Part shown: piece by piece, positions 8,923 through 17,373 of the stretch | Layout of the letters: each line of letters opens with the position of its first letter | Position numbering within the stretch: the stretch's first letter is position 1 | From: a virus | Taxonomy: Duplodnaviria; Caudoviricetes | Direction: 5' to 3' (one strand) | IMG/VR virus record: IMGVR_UViG_3300043607_000019 | Coordinates: 1-48,580 of that record | DNA: 48,580 bases | Program-made: the position numbers and the translations under genes | Notes under the pieces: generated by a model | Database searches by the model: none | What the model was told of the DNA's origin: nothing | What the model saw: the letters and a program-made list of their open reading frames with translations, nothing else

Positions 8923-8951
8923 TTGACGTGGACTGAACGGCGGTTCAGACT
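8923..8951 (+). promoter_or_regulatory. capsid promoter with overlapping palindromic operator
   Basis: TTGACG (8923-8928), 17 nt, CAGACT (8946-8951); CTGAAC-GGCG-GTTCAG palindrome at 8933-8948. Confidence 0.6.
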
Positions 8952-9046
8952 GCATGCAGCGCCCGGACGTGATGTCAGGCGCCTTACCCCGCTAGCCCGG
9001 GAAGTGACTTCAAGGCTGGCTCCGCAATTCAATAGGAGCTAGCCGC

Positions 9047-10099
9047 ATGGCTACTACGACTCTCGCGAACGTCATCGGGAACGCCAACGTTTTCGGCAAA
9101 TGGGTGGTCGAACAGACCAAGCTGCTGAGCGGCATCGACAACTCGCCCATCGTGCAGGATGACGATGAGCTTCAGGAGTGGATCAACACCAAGGGCAACA
9201 TCAAGTGGACGGGCCCCAAGTATGACTCGCTCGACCGGACCGCGGTCGAGAAGGTCATCACGGAAGCCGACTCCGTCTTGGTGGGCGGCGCAGCGCCCGT
9301 CGCGCCGCTGAACATCCTGTCCCACACCGAGATCGCTGTGCGCACCGAGCGCGCCAACTGGTGGTCTGCATCCAAGCTGAGCAAATACCTCAACCTGGAG
9401 CAGGATGACCCGCTGGGCGCGATCCTGGGCGACGTAGCCGGCTACTTTGCGTTCCGGCGCCAAGTCTACTGGCTGTCCACCTGGATCGGCGTCTTTGCGG
9501 ACAACGACCTGGCTCCGGGCGGCAGCGACACGCACACGCAGTTCGACCTCACGCTGGACCGCAGCAATGCGGGCGCGTTCTCCGCAGGCACCACCAACTT
9601 CACGGCGGAGAACGCGATCGACGCTGTGAACCAGATGGGCGACGCCGAGGATGACCTCGGCTACATCGTCACGCACAGCAAGGTGCGCAGCGGCATGGAG
9701 AAGCAGGACCTGCTCGACTCGATCAAGGACTCGCAAGGGAACAAGATCACGGTCTACCGCAATCGCCCGATCATCGTGAACGACCAGATGACCAAGGGTG
9801 CTGGCGGCGTCCACCACACCTACTTCATGGGCGCGGGTTGCACCCGGCGCGCCATCGGGACGCCGGACAAGCCCTCCGAGCTCTCGAATCACCCCGAGGC
9901 CGCCAACGGCGGCGGCCAGGAGATTCTCTGGCAGCGGGTTCGCTGGTGCCTGCACCCCAAGGGCTACCAGTTCGTGGGCACTCCGGCGGCTGTCGGTGGC
10001 GTCTCGAACGCCGAGCTGACGGCGGCCGCCAACTGGAGTCGCTCGGCCAAGGAGCGCAAGCAAATCCCGGTCGCGCGTCTCATCACCACGGAGTTCTGA
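9047..10099 (+). CDS. major capsid protein
   Basis: 350 aa after the scaffold, strong AGGAG RBS; NGGGQEILWQR...HPKGY and W.R...RKQIP.ARLIT termini typical of HK97-fold coat proteins. Confidence 0.9.
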   Translation: MATTTLANVIGNANVFGKWVVEQTKLLSGIDNSPIVQDDDELQEWINTKGNIKWTGPKYDSLDRTAVEKVITEADSVLVGGAAPVAPLNILSHTEIAVRTERANWWSASKLSKYLNLEQDDPLGAILGDVAGYFAFRRQVYWLSTWIGVFADNDLAPGGSDTHTQFDLTLDRSNAGAFSAGTTNFTAENAIDAVNQMGDAEDDLGYIVTHSKVRSGMEKQDLLDSIKDSQGNKITVYRNRPIIVNDQMTKGAGGVHHTYFMGAGCTRRAIGTPDKPSELSNHPEAANGGGQEILWQRVRWCLHPKGYQFVGTPAAVGGVSNAELTAAANWSRSAKERKQIPVARLITTEF

Positions 10100-10102
10100 G
10101 CG

Positions 10103-10669
10103 ATGTCCAAGGGTGGCACTCGCGCAGCAAAGGTGGAGGGTCTCAAGACCATCCCGACTCTCGTCCAGGTCATTCCTTTCGACTTCGTACTAGCGATCAC
10201 GGACCCCGGTGCCGCGATCGCCTTTGCCACGAAGCCGATCGCAAAGGTGCCCAAGGGCAACTGGGCGCTCTTCACCGCGGTCAGCAACGTCATCATCCAG
10301 GACGTCGGTGGCGCTGGCCTGATCGCGGCGTTCACTGGCACGTATTCGTTCGGCACGGCAGCCACTGTCGACAACACGTTGACAGGCGCCGATCGCGACA
10401 TCATTGGGCTTGCGGCGGCCGGCGTGTCGTATACAGCGGCCGCTGGAATCACACCGAAAACGCGCGGCACAATCGCCCTGACCGCGGACGCTGCGCTGAC
10501 TTCAGCGGGCGTAGTGCAGCTCAACAACGCCGTTCTCTTCGACAATACGGCGGGCGCTCTCAACATGAATTTCAACATGACCGTTTTGGATGCTTCGATC
10601 TCGGCGAACGCATCCGTCAGAGTTCGGGGTCAGCTGAACTTGATTCATGCGGTCTTGGGAGACGGCTGA
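10103..10669 (+). CDS. putative head decoration/cement protein
   Basis: Ala/Thr/Gly-rich, beta-type 188-aa protein directly after the capsid gene. Confidence 0.55.
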   Translation: MSKGGTRAAKVEGLKTIPTLVQVIPFDFVLAITDPGAAIAFATKPIAKVPKGNWALFTAVSNVIIQDVGGAGLIAAFTGTYSFGTAATVDNTLTGADRDIIGLAAAGVSYTAAAGITPKTRGTIALTADAALTSAGVVQLNNAVLFDNTAGALNMNFNMTVLDASISANASVRVRGQLNLIHAVLGDG

Positions 10670-11112
10670 TGAAAGCGCTTTCACTGTTGGCTCTGGGCGC
10701 CCTGCTTTGCTTCGGATGTGACGACACCGATGTGGCCAGCAAGGCCGCAGATCTGCTGGAGCACGGCGCTGTAGAGGCCAGCATAGTTTGCGAGGTACCA
10801 CGGGCCTCGACACCGCTGACGATTTGCGACGAGGCTTATGACATCCGCGCAAAGCTCCTCGTCGATGGATCCTCGTTCGTGCAATGCACGCCCAACCCTG
10901 GGGTGGCCGGGCTCGGTGATTACGGCTTCTCATCGTTGAACGAGCGAGGAGAGTCTGTCGCGGCTCACGGTCGAGGGCCAGGCGGGCACTTCACCTGCTC
11001 TCTCGGTGGTGGCGAGGTTTCGTTCGCTCAGACAGGCACATCGTGCTCGCGCAGCGAGGACATCGAGACCTATTGCACTGGTCGTAACCTGGAGGCATTC
11101 GGTGTCGATTGA
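10669..11112 (+). CDS. Cys-rich predicted lipoprotein
   Basis: ATG overlaps the upstream TGA; MKALSLLALGALLCFG-C-DD; six further Cys. Confidence 0.6.
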   Translation: MKALSLLALGALLCFGCDDTDVASKAADLLEHGAVEASIVCEVPRASTPLTICDEAYDIRAKLLVDGSSFVQCTPNPGVAGLGDYGFSSLNERGESVAAHGRGPGGHFTCSLGGGEVSFAQTGTSCSRSEDIETYCTGRNLEAFGVD

Positions 11113-11518
11113 CCCCTCCGAAGTCCGCGCGGTGTGCGCCAGTCTCGACCCGTCCAACGACGGGCACTGGACCTCGCAGGGCGTCCCTCGCATGGACGTC
11201 CTGCAGGGGATGGGCCTGCTCGGCATCGACCGGCGCACGCTCAACGAGCTGCTGCCGGGCTTCACGCGCGAATCGCTGCTCGAGGAGCGGACCAAGCAGG
11301 GTGCGCCGGTCGAAATAGCTCCTGCCGAGCCCGCTCCGGAGCGCGACCCCCAGTTCCGGCACATGCTGGCGCGAGCCGAGCGCCGCCAGGCTGCCCTGGC
11401 GTGTCTGAAGGCAGGTGGCTTCACACTGAAGGACCTGGAGCCACCAATGACGCAGCTGCAGCGCCGCATCTCGGCAGAGCACAGAGCCGCTCGGCGCGCA
11501 GGAAACTCGGCCAACTGA
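11102..11518 (+). CDS. capsid-adjacent hypothetical protein
   Basis: GGAGG RBS plus GTG; LDPSNDGHWT..G.P and PGFTR motifs recall small proteins found after capsid genes. Confidence 0.65.
   Translation: MSIDPSEVRAVCASLDPSNDGHWTSQGVPRMDVLQGMGLLGIDRRTLNELLPGFTRESLLEERTKQGAPVEIAPAEPAPERDPQFRHMLARAERRQAALACLKAGGFTLKDLEPPMTQLQRRISAEHRAARRAGNSAN
11214..11242 (+). repeat. 29-bp exact direct repeat, copy 1
   Basis: GCCTGCTCGGCATCGACCGGCGCACGCTC, identical to 20140-20168. Confidence 0.9.
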
Positions 11519-11545
11519 GCTGAGCAGCAAGGATTCGCGTAACCC

Positions 11546-11896
11546 ATGCCCCAAGCAGCCCCCAAGGTCTCAACCAGCCGCGGCTCGGACGCGAGCAAGT
11601 CGTTCGCTGTCTCGCAGACGGGCGTCGACCTGACGGCGCAATCCGGAAAGCCGCCCTTTGCGGCGCAGCGCCTGTTGCTTAGCAACATCACCGGCGCGGC
11701 GATCGTTGCCGGGATCACGCTGGTCGACGATGAGGGAACTACTCTCTCGCCCAACGTGCCCGCCAACGCAGTGCTCCCCATCGACACGCCCATCAAGACA
11801 CTGACGACGCCGGCTGGAATCACGACTCTCGCCTACTGGTGGGAGCGTGGCGACTTGCCCGGCGTGACGGTGGGACGAGCCGCGCGGAACTCGTAG
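11546..11896 (+). CDS. hypothetical virion protein
   Basis: 116-aa ORF in the head operon, beta-rich composition. Confidence 0.55.
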   Translation: MPQAAPKVSTSRGSDASKSFAVSQTGVDLTAQSGKPPFAAQRLLLSNITGAAIVAGITLVDDEGTTLSPNVPANAVLPIDTPIKTLTTPAGITTLAYWWERGDLPGVTVGRAARNS

Positions 11897-11903
11897 TCCT
11901 CCC

Positions 11904-14900
11904 ATGACCGCGACCACGCTTCTCGCGGCCATCGACGCGGCGGGTCCGCCCGCGCAGCTCCAAGTCCATACAGCTGGATTTGGTGTGCTGCTCGCGCTGT
12001 TCACGCTCAATGACCCGTCGTTCTTCGTCAGCGATGACCTGACGACGCTGATCCTGAGCGGCGTTCCGCCCATCAGCACGCTCGCCTTGTCCAACGGCAC
12101 GGCCGCGGTCTGGCGGCTAGCAGATGGCGGCGGCGGGTCGATCGTGACGGGCACCATCGGCGTCGACGCCGAGCAGCTAGGGATCGACCTGGCGGACCTC
12201 GTGGTGGGTCAGCCGCTGACGCTCGCCGAGCTCGAGCTGTTCGTGGACGCGTTCTCCGTCGTGTTCCCCTCCGGGCGCGTTGGGTTCGGCGTCCCGGGCC
12301 CTGACGGCACCGTGCACCCGCCGCTCGCTCGAGGCGGCTTGCGCTACGAGGGCGACGTCATCGCTGCCCCTGGGAGCAATCAGCTGAGGCTGCCGCCCGT
12401 TACCGTGGCCGCCCTGAAGGTGCCTGGTCCAATGGGACCACCGGGCGACCAGGGGCCTGAGGGCCCCGAGGGGCCGCAGGGCGTGCGAGGGGTAGCGGGC
12501 CCCCCAGGCGCAGGAGGATCGCAGGGCTGGGACGACGTGCTCCTGGTCGACCCGCATTCAGGCGCCAGCAATCCGATCGTAGATGACGCCCAGTACCTGC
12601 AGTTCGGTGTCGCGGCGCCCCCAGCGACCGGTCAGATACGTTCTGACCCCGCGTTCTTGCTTCGAGGTGACGACAAGGTTGAGATCCACGCTGGCGACGA
12701 CATCTACATCCACGGCCCGGACCTAGTCACGATCGAGAGCACGGGGGGAAGCCAGGTTCACCTTCTGAGCTCGGCCAGCGTAAACCTAGAGAGCACGGCC
12801 AGCGCGGTCATTCTCGACGCCAACACGGTCGTGTCGATACCCAGGGGGTTCCTGCGGATCGTCGAGCAGTCCGCATCGACGCCGTCCATGGCGGCAGGCC
12901 AAGGCCTGTTCTGGGTCAAGGACACTGCCAGCCCAGGCAACGAGCCGTTCTTCACCGACGATGCCAATGCGGACTTCCCGCTGTTCCTGGCTGTTTCAGA
13001 GAACGGCGCGGCTCCGCTCGGCAACTTCTCGCGCGTCAACTTCGACGACTCGACGAAGATCGACGTCACGGTCGCTGACCTGGGTGGACGCCAAGCCAAC
13101 GTCATCTACCAGATCAAGCCCGGCTCGCTCGACATCACGGACCTGTCGCAGGCGGCAATCCAGGCGATTCGGCAGGGCGTGCCCCCCGGTGAGCCCGGCG
13201 AGAAGGGAGACCAGGGCGATCCGGGCCCGCCCGGCAATCAGAGCTGGTCCGACGTGCTGCAGCGCGGGCCCAACTCTGGCGCGAACAATCCCAGTGTCGA
13301 CGTCGGTCAGTTCATGACGTTTGGCCTGACGGGGCCGACGTCGCTGAGTGCTCAGGTTCGTTCAGGCGACGCGACGTTCCGCATCCACGGCCAGGGCAAC
13401 GTCATCGCGACCGCGGAGACGGGGCAATTCATCGCTACCGGAGCGACGAACGTCCAGTTGTCCGCCACCTCGTCGTCGATCCTTCTGACGGCTGGCACCT
13501 TCGTTGCGATCAACAACTTCCTGCGCTTCACCGAGCAGGCGGCTTCGACGCCGACGCCTGCGGCTGGGCAGGCCTTCTTTTGGGTCCGAAACGACGCTCC
13601 CAACGTCCCGATGTTCACGGACGACAACGACGTCGATCACGTGCTCGCGTACGCAGGCACGGTCTCGGGCCCGCAGGGTCCGCCTGGTGAGCAGGGCGAG
13701 CGCGGCGCGGATGGCGACCAGGGCCCGCCAGGTCAACAAGGCTCGGCTGGCGTCGCTGGCACTCCGGGGGCCACCGGAGCCACCGGAGCCACCGGAGCTG
13801 CGGGAGCGCCAGGCCCTCCCGGTGAGCAGGGCGAGCGCGGCGAAGATGGCACTCCGGGGGCCACCGGAGCCACCGGAGCTGCGGGAGCCGGAACCGTACC
13901 CACCGGCACCGGGTTCACGCACATCACGGCCGGAGTGCAGGACGCTGCCGCGAAGCTCGTCGACACCGCGGACATCAACAACTTGCAGGTGACCGCAGGC
14001 AAGATAGCGAACAACACGATCACCAATGCGCAGATCGCGAGCAACACGGTTGGAAACAACCAGCTCGCCACCATGCCGGCGAACACGATCAAGGCCAACG
14101 CAACGGCCGGTGTGGCGCAGCCAACGGACATCGCAGTAGGGGCCAATACCGTCGTCGGGGCAGTCGGCGGAAACATCGTGTCGGCTGCACTCGTCAATGC
14201 TCAGATCGCGACGAACACGATCGCGAACGCCAAGCTGGCACAGGTGGCTACGGCCACAATCCGCGGTCGAGTTACGGCCGGCACCGGTGACATCGAGGAC
14301 CTCACACCGGCGCAGGCTAGATCGGTTCTGAGCATTGGGTGGGATGACGTGCTGGGGGTCGACCCCAACGCGGGGAGCAACAACCCCATCATCCCAGCGG
14401 CGCAATTCCTAGGGATTGGCGTAGTCGGATCATTACCGGCCACCGGAAGGATCAGGAGTTCCGTCGACCTGCTACTAACCACAGCGACAGGCGCGCTAAT
14501 CAGTCTGGAGCCCGCCACCGGGTCCAGCTGCAACATGGCCACGATCGACGCTAACGTGAATCTGACTGCGTCGGGCACTGGCGACATCGCCCTGTCTTCC
14601 CAAGACCTGGTCACCATCGGCGCATCTACTGAGGTACGACACCGCAGTGCGCTCCATCGTTTTCAGGGCCCGGGCGGCGCGGGGGGTGGATTCCTAATCC
14701 TGTCTGACGCGGCTGCGTCGACCCCCACCTTGGCCGCGACAGAGGGCATGCTCTGGGTGAATTCCACCGGGAACAACTCGCCGATGTTCACGGACGGCGC
14801 CAACGTCGACCACTCCATCAATATGGACCTGGTGGCATCGACACAAGCTCAGGTCGACGCTGGAACTAATGCAACGGACTACCTGACGTCTAACCTCATT

Positions 14901-15407
14901 GGTCTGCGCAGTGGCGTGGCTGTCAACACAGCTATCGTCACAGCCACGAACACCCTCGCCGTCACCACGCTGGTGACCTACTCGATCCCGGCGAATACAC
15001 TGATCGCCGGCTCTCACTACAAGCTGAGCGCACGCGGCGTCTACACCCGGGGCGGTACCGCAACGGCTCACAACGGACTCTGGGACGTGTTCGTGAACAG
15101 CGTCAACCGGTGCAACGTGGGGAATGCACTGCCAACCGCAGCGGGAGACTATGCCTGGACAGCTGAGGGGGACTTCAAGTGCCTGACGACAGGCGCTGCG
15201 GGCACCATCGTGTGCAACATGTTGGTCTCGCTGCAGCTGGCTGTCGGCGGGGCGCCGGTATGGTTGCCGTCGCTTCAGAAGGCCGCGCACGGCACGACCG
15301 TCAACACGACAGGCGCGATCACGCTTCCCCTGGTCGTGCAGATGTCAGCTGCGGTGTTGGCAACGACCATGACGTGCACGCACGCCAGCATTGAACGGGT
15401 GAGGTAA
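11904..15407 (+). CDS. collagen-like head or tail fibre with internal repeats
   Basis: Several Gly-X-Y runs; three WDDVL..DP..G..NP modules; three ..ASTP..AA.....WV...P.FTD modules; I.N..IT.A.IA repeats. Confidence 0.8.
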   Translation: MTATTLLAAIDAAGPPAQLQVHTAGFGVLLALFTLNDPSFFVSDDLTTLILSGVPPISTLALSNGTAAVWRLADGGGGSIVTGTIGVDAEQLGIDLADLVVGQPLTLAELELFVDAFSVVFPSGRVGFGVPGPDGTVHPPLARGGLRYEGDVIAAPGSNQLRLPPVTVAALKVPGPMGPPGDQGPEGPEGPQGVRGVAGPPGAGGSQGWDDVLLVDPHSGASNPIVDDAQYLQFGVAAPPATGQIRSDPAFLLRGDDKVEIHAGDDIYIHGPDLVTIESTGGSQVHLLSSASVNLESTASAVILDANTVVSIPRGFLRIVEQSASTPSMAAGQGLFWVKDTASPGNEPFFTDDANADFPLFLAVSENGAAPLGNFSRVNFDDSTKIDVTVADLGGRQANVIYQIKPGSLDITDLSQAAIQAIRQGVPPGEPGEKGDQGDPGPPGNQSWSDVLQRGPNSGANNPSVDVGQFMTFGLTGPTSLSAQVRSGDATFRIHGQGNVIATAETGQFIATGATNVQLSATSSSILLTAGTFVAINNFLRFTEQAASTPTPAAGQAFFWVRNDAPNVPMFTDDNDVDHVLAYAGTVSGPQGPPGEQGERGADGDQGPPGQQGSAGVAGTPGATGATGATGAAGAPGPPGEQGERGEDGTPGATGATGAAGAGTVPTGTGFTHITAGVQDAAAKLVDTADINNLQVTAGKIANNTITNAQIASNTVGNNQLATMPANTIKANATAGVAQPTDIAVGANTVVGAVGGNIVSAALVNAQIATNTIANAKLAQVATATIRGRVTAGTGDIEDLTPAQARSVLSIGWDDVLGVDPNAGSNNPIIPAAQFLGIGVVGSLPATGRIRSSVDLLLTTATGALISLEPATGSSCNMATIDANVNLTASGTGDIALSSQDLVTIGASTEVRHRSALHRFQGPGGAGGGFLILSDAAASTPTLAATEGMLWVNSTGNNSPMFTDGANVDHSINMDLVASTQAQVDAGTNATDYLTSNLIGLRSGVAVNTAIVTATNTLAVTTLVTYSIPANTLIAGSHYKLSARGVYTRGGTATAHNGLWDVFVNSVNRCNVGNALPTAAGDYAWTAEGDFKCLTTGAAGTIVCNMLVSLQLAVGGAPVWLPSLQKAAHGTTVNTTGAITLPLVVQMSAAVLATTMTCTHASIERVR

Positions 15408-15409
15408 TC

Positions 15410-15796
15410 ATGTCCTTTGATCGAGGAAACACGGTGAATTGTATGTGTGAGAGCCTGAACGCAGACAGCCTGAACGGCAACTCCGCCCTAATTGACCTGC
15501 CTGAATACGGGGGCATCTGGCGAGTGTCCTACGCGGTGTGGATCACCTCACCCGACACAACGAGCGCGTACAACAGCTACCGCTTCGTGTCCAATGTGGA
15601 GAGCCCGGCTGGAGACGTGGTATCGTACCAAGATCCCCTGGGGCTATTCTCGGGGCAGCTTGGCTCAATGACGGGGCAGGTCGTGGTGGCGCGAGCGTTC
15701 CCGGGATCGGCGACCTTTCAGATCGTGTCCGACACGGCCCCGGGAGACGAGACCTATTCGGTCCGTGTCGCGGCAGAGTTTATCAGCTGGTTTTGA
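15410..15796 (+). CDS. hypothetical protein (fibre-associated?)
   Basis: GAGG RBS; last + gene before a convergent - gene. Confidence 0.55.
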   Translation: MSFDRGNTVNCMCESLNADSLNGNSALIDLPEYGGIWRVSYAVWITSPDTTSAYNSYRFVSNVESPAGDVVSYQDPLGLFSGQLGSMTGQVVVARAFPGSATFQIVSDTAPGDETYSVRVAAEFISWF

Positions 15797-15816
15797 CGCA
15801 GCGGCAGCCGCCAGGC

Positions 15817-16356
15817 TCAAGGTTCAGGATCGGCTGGCGCATCTTCGTCATGGCGACGGTGCGCGCGGCGCCACTTCTCGACCGCCGCGCGCTGGGTCGC
15901 GTCATTGTAGACGTTGATCGCGTCCCACAGGTGGGGAGGGCCGTTGGCGTAGAGTATCCCACCGACAAGCGCCATAGCCGCCCCGCCAATCAGCAGGATG
16001 CTCGCCGCCTGACGGTCTGTCGCGTCGACCGAGTCGGCTTGGCGGATCGTCTGCGCGATACCGATACCAACGGACGCGGCGCCCCCAACGGTGAGCAGGA
16101 AGCCACCCACCTGCAGGCCCTGGTACGTGCTCGCATGCTGCACCGCCTCAGGCACACCAGCGACAGCCTCGCCCAGGCCCCCGCCGAAGAACCCGTGCTC
16201 GTACTGCTTGCCGTCGCGAACGAACGCGAGACCAGACGACGTCTGCACGATCTGGACTCGTGGTGTGACCATCGGGCGGTAGCTCGAGGCACAGCTCGAA
16301 TTGAGAAGCGCAACTGCGGCCGCAAGAAGCCGAGCGTATATTTCAGAGCATTTCAT
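15817..16356 (-). CDS. membrane protein / predicted lipoprotein, lysogenic-conversion candidate
   Basis: Signal ending LLNSS-C, two hydrophobic helices; same strand as and downstream of the repressor. Confidence 0.6.
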   Translation of the reverse strand: MKCSEIYARLLAAAVALLNSSCASSYRPMVTPRVQIVQTSSGLAFVRDGKQYEHGFFGGGLGEAVAGVPEAVQHASTYQGLQVGGFLLTVGGAASVGIGIAQTIRQADSVDATDRQAASILLIGGAAMALVGGILYANGPPHLWDAINVYNDATQRAAVEKWRRAHRRHDEDAPADPEP

Positions 16357-16551
16357 AGTGTGTCAGCTGAGCAACACATTACCGTGCGACGTCGTCGCTT
16401 CGCTGAAATCCGCGCCTCTCACCTCAAGGGGTGAGCTCACGCCGTAGTCCGACGAAGCGCATGGCGCGTATGGTTCGAGAGATGACCATGCGGCCACTTC
16501 TGGACTTGAACGGTATTGCTGCACGTGTCCACGCGCAGCTGAGCTGCCGCA

Positions 16552-16815
16552 TCATGTCTCACCAAGAAACATCTTGCCGCGAGGGGTGAATTCGAGTGAC
16601 ACGATTTCGATCCTCGTGCGCACCACGAGATTGGCCGTCTCGAGCCGCGCCAACATCTGGCTGACGCCGCTCTTGTTGGCGTAGCCCAGCGCGTCAGCGA
16701 GTTCTCTTTGTGATGGGGAGCGCCCTAACTTTCGCTGCAATCGGCGGATGACTTGGAGCACCTGCAGCTGAGCCGCCGTTGGCACGCTCGTGCTGGTTGT
16801 CTTCTCTTTTCCCAT
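16552..16815 (-). CDS. LexA-type winged-HTH repressor (DNA-binding domain only)
   Basis: T..Q..VL..I......G.SPS.RELADALGY..KSGV...L.RLE...LV.R matches the LexA N-domain; no S24 peptidase domain; divergent from xis-int. Confidence 0.8.
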   Translation of the reverse strand: MGKEKTTSTSVPTAAQLQVLQVIRRLQRKLGRSPSQRELADALGYANKSGVSQMLARLETANLVVRTRIEIVSLEFTPRGKMFLGET

Positions 16816-16866
16816 GGTTAGACCTCTGCCATATGTGCGTCACAGGATCAACAGCAGCCCGGTTTA

Positions 16867-16882
16867 CATGTCCGCGGACACG
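16867..16882. promoter_or_regulatory. putative repressor operator TGTCC-N2-GGACA
   Basis: CATGTCC-GC-GGACACG in the divergent gap; second copy at 24716-24731. Confidence 0.55.
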
Positions 16883-17034
16883 GATGCGTTACACACACAC
16901 GAGCCCACAAAACTCCAAAGTGTGTCAATTATGACGTAGCACATGAACACATGAGGCATAGAATGCCACGTGTCAGTCGGTTCTGGGAGGGGGGCGGGTG
17001 CGGGTGGCTAACAGTAGCCGGTTTTCTGGACAAG

Positions 17035-17373
17035 ATGACAGATTCAGATTTGGATTGCAGCGTTCTGCCGAGCCTCATCGATATGCTGGCGGAGGCCATC
17101 GTGACGAAGCTCCGCACCCCCGCTCGAGACGGCTGGGTGTCACAGGCGGACTCGCAGCCCCTTGGAAACCGTAGGCATTGCGCGGCGGTGCGGCGCCGGA
17201 TGGCAGCCGGTGACCCGAGCGCCACAAGGCGAGGCAAGCTATTCCTTCTGACGCGAGAGGCGTTCGTCGAGGAGATCCGAGGCCTAGGCTTCGCTAAGCC
17301 CCCCGTCAAAGCTGACAGTACTCAGCCGGAGGGCATCGAGGCCCGCATCCTGCGGAAGCTGGGGCACCGGTGA
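17035..17373 (+). CDS. excisionase-like DNA-binding protein
   Basis: Small basic protein overlapping the integrase start (GTGA); same position as uoi in Myxococcus phage Mx8. Confidence 0.5.
   Translation: MTDSDLDCSVLPSLIDMLAEAIVTKLRTPARDGWVSQADSQPLGNRRHCAAVRRRMAAGDPSATRRGKLFLLTREAFVEEIRGLGFAKPPVKADSTQPEGIEARILRKLGHR

Noticed and set aside
11904-15407. Diversity-generating retroelement or invertible cassette acting on the fibre
   Set aside because: No reverse transcriptase, no adenine-specific TR/VR pair and no serine invertase seen in the window
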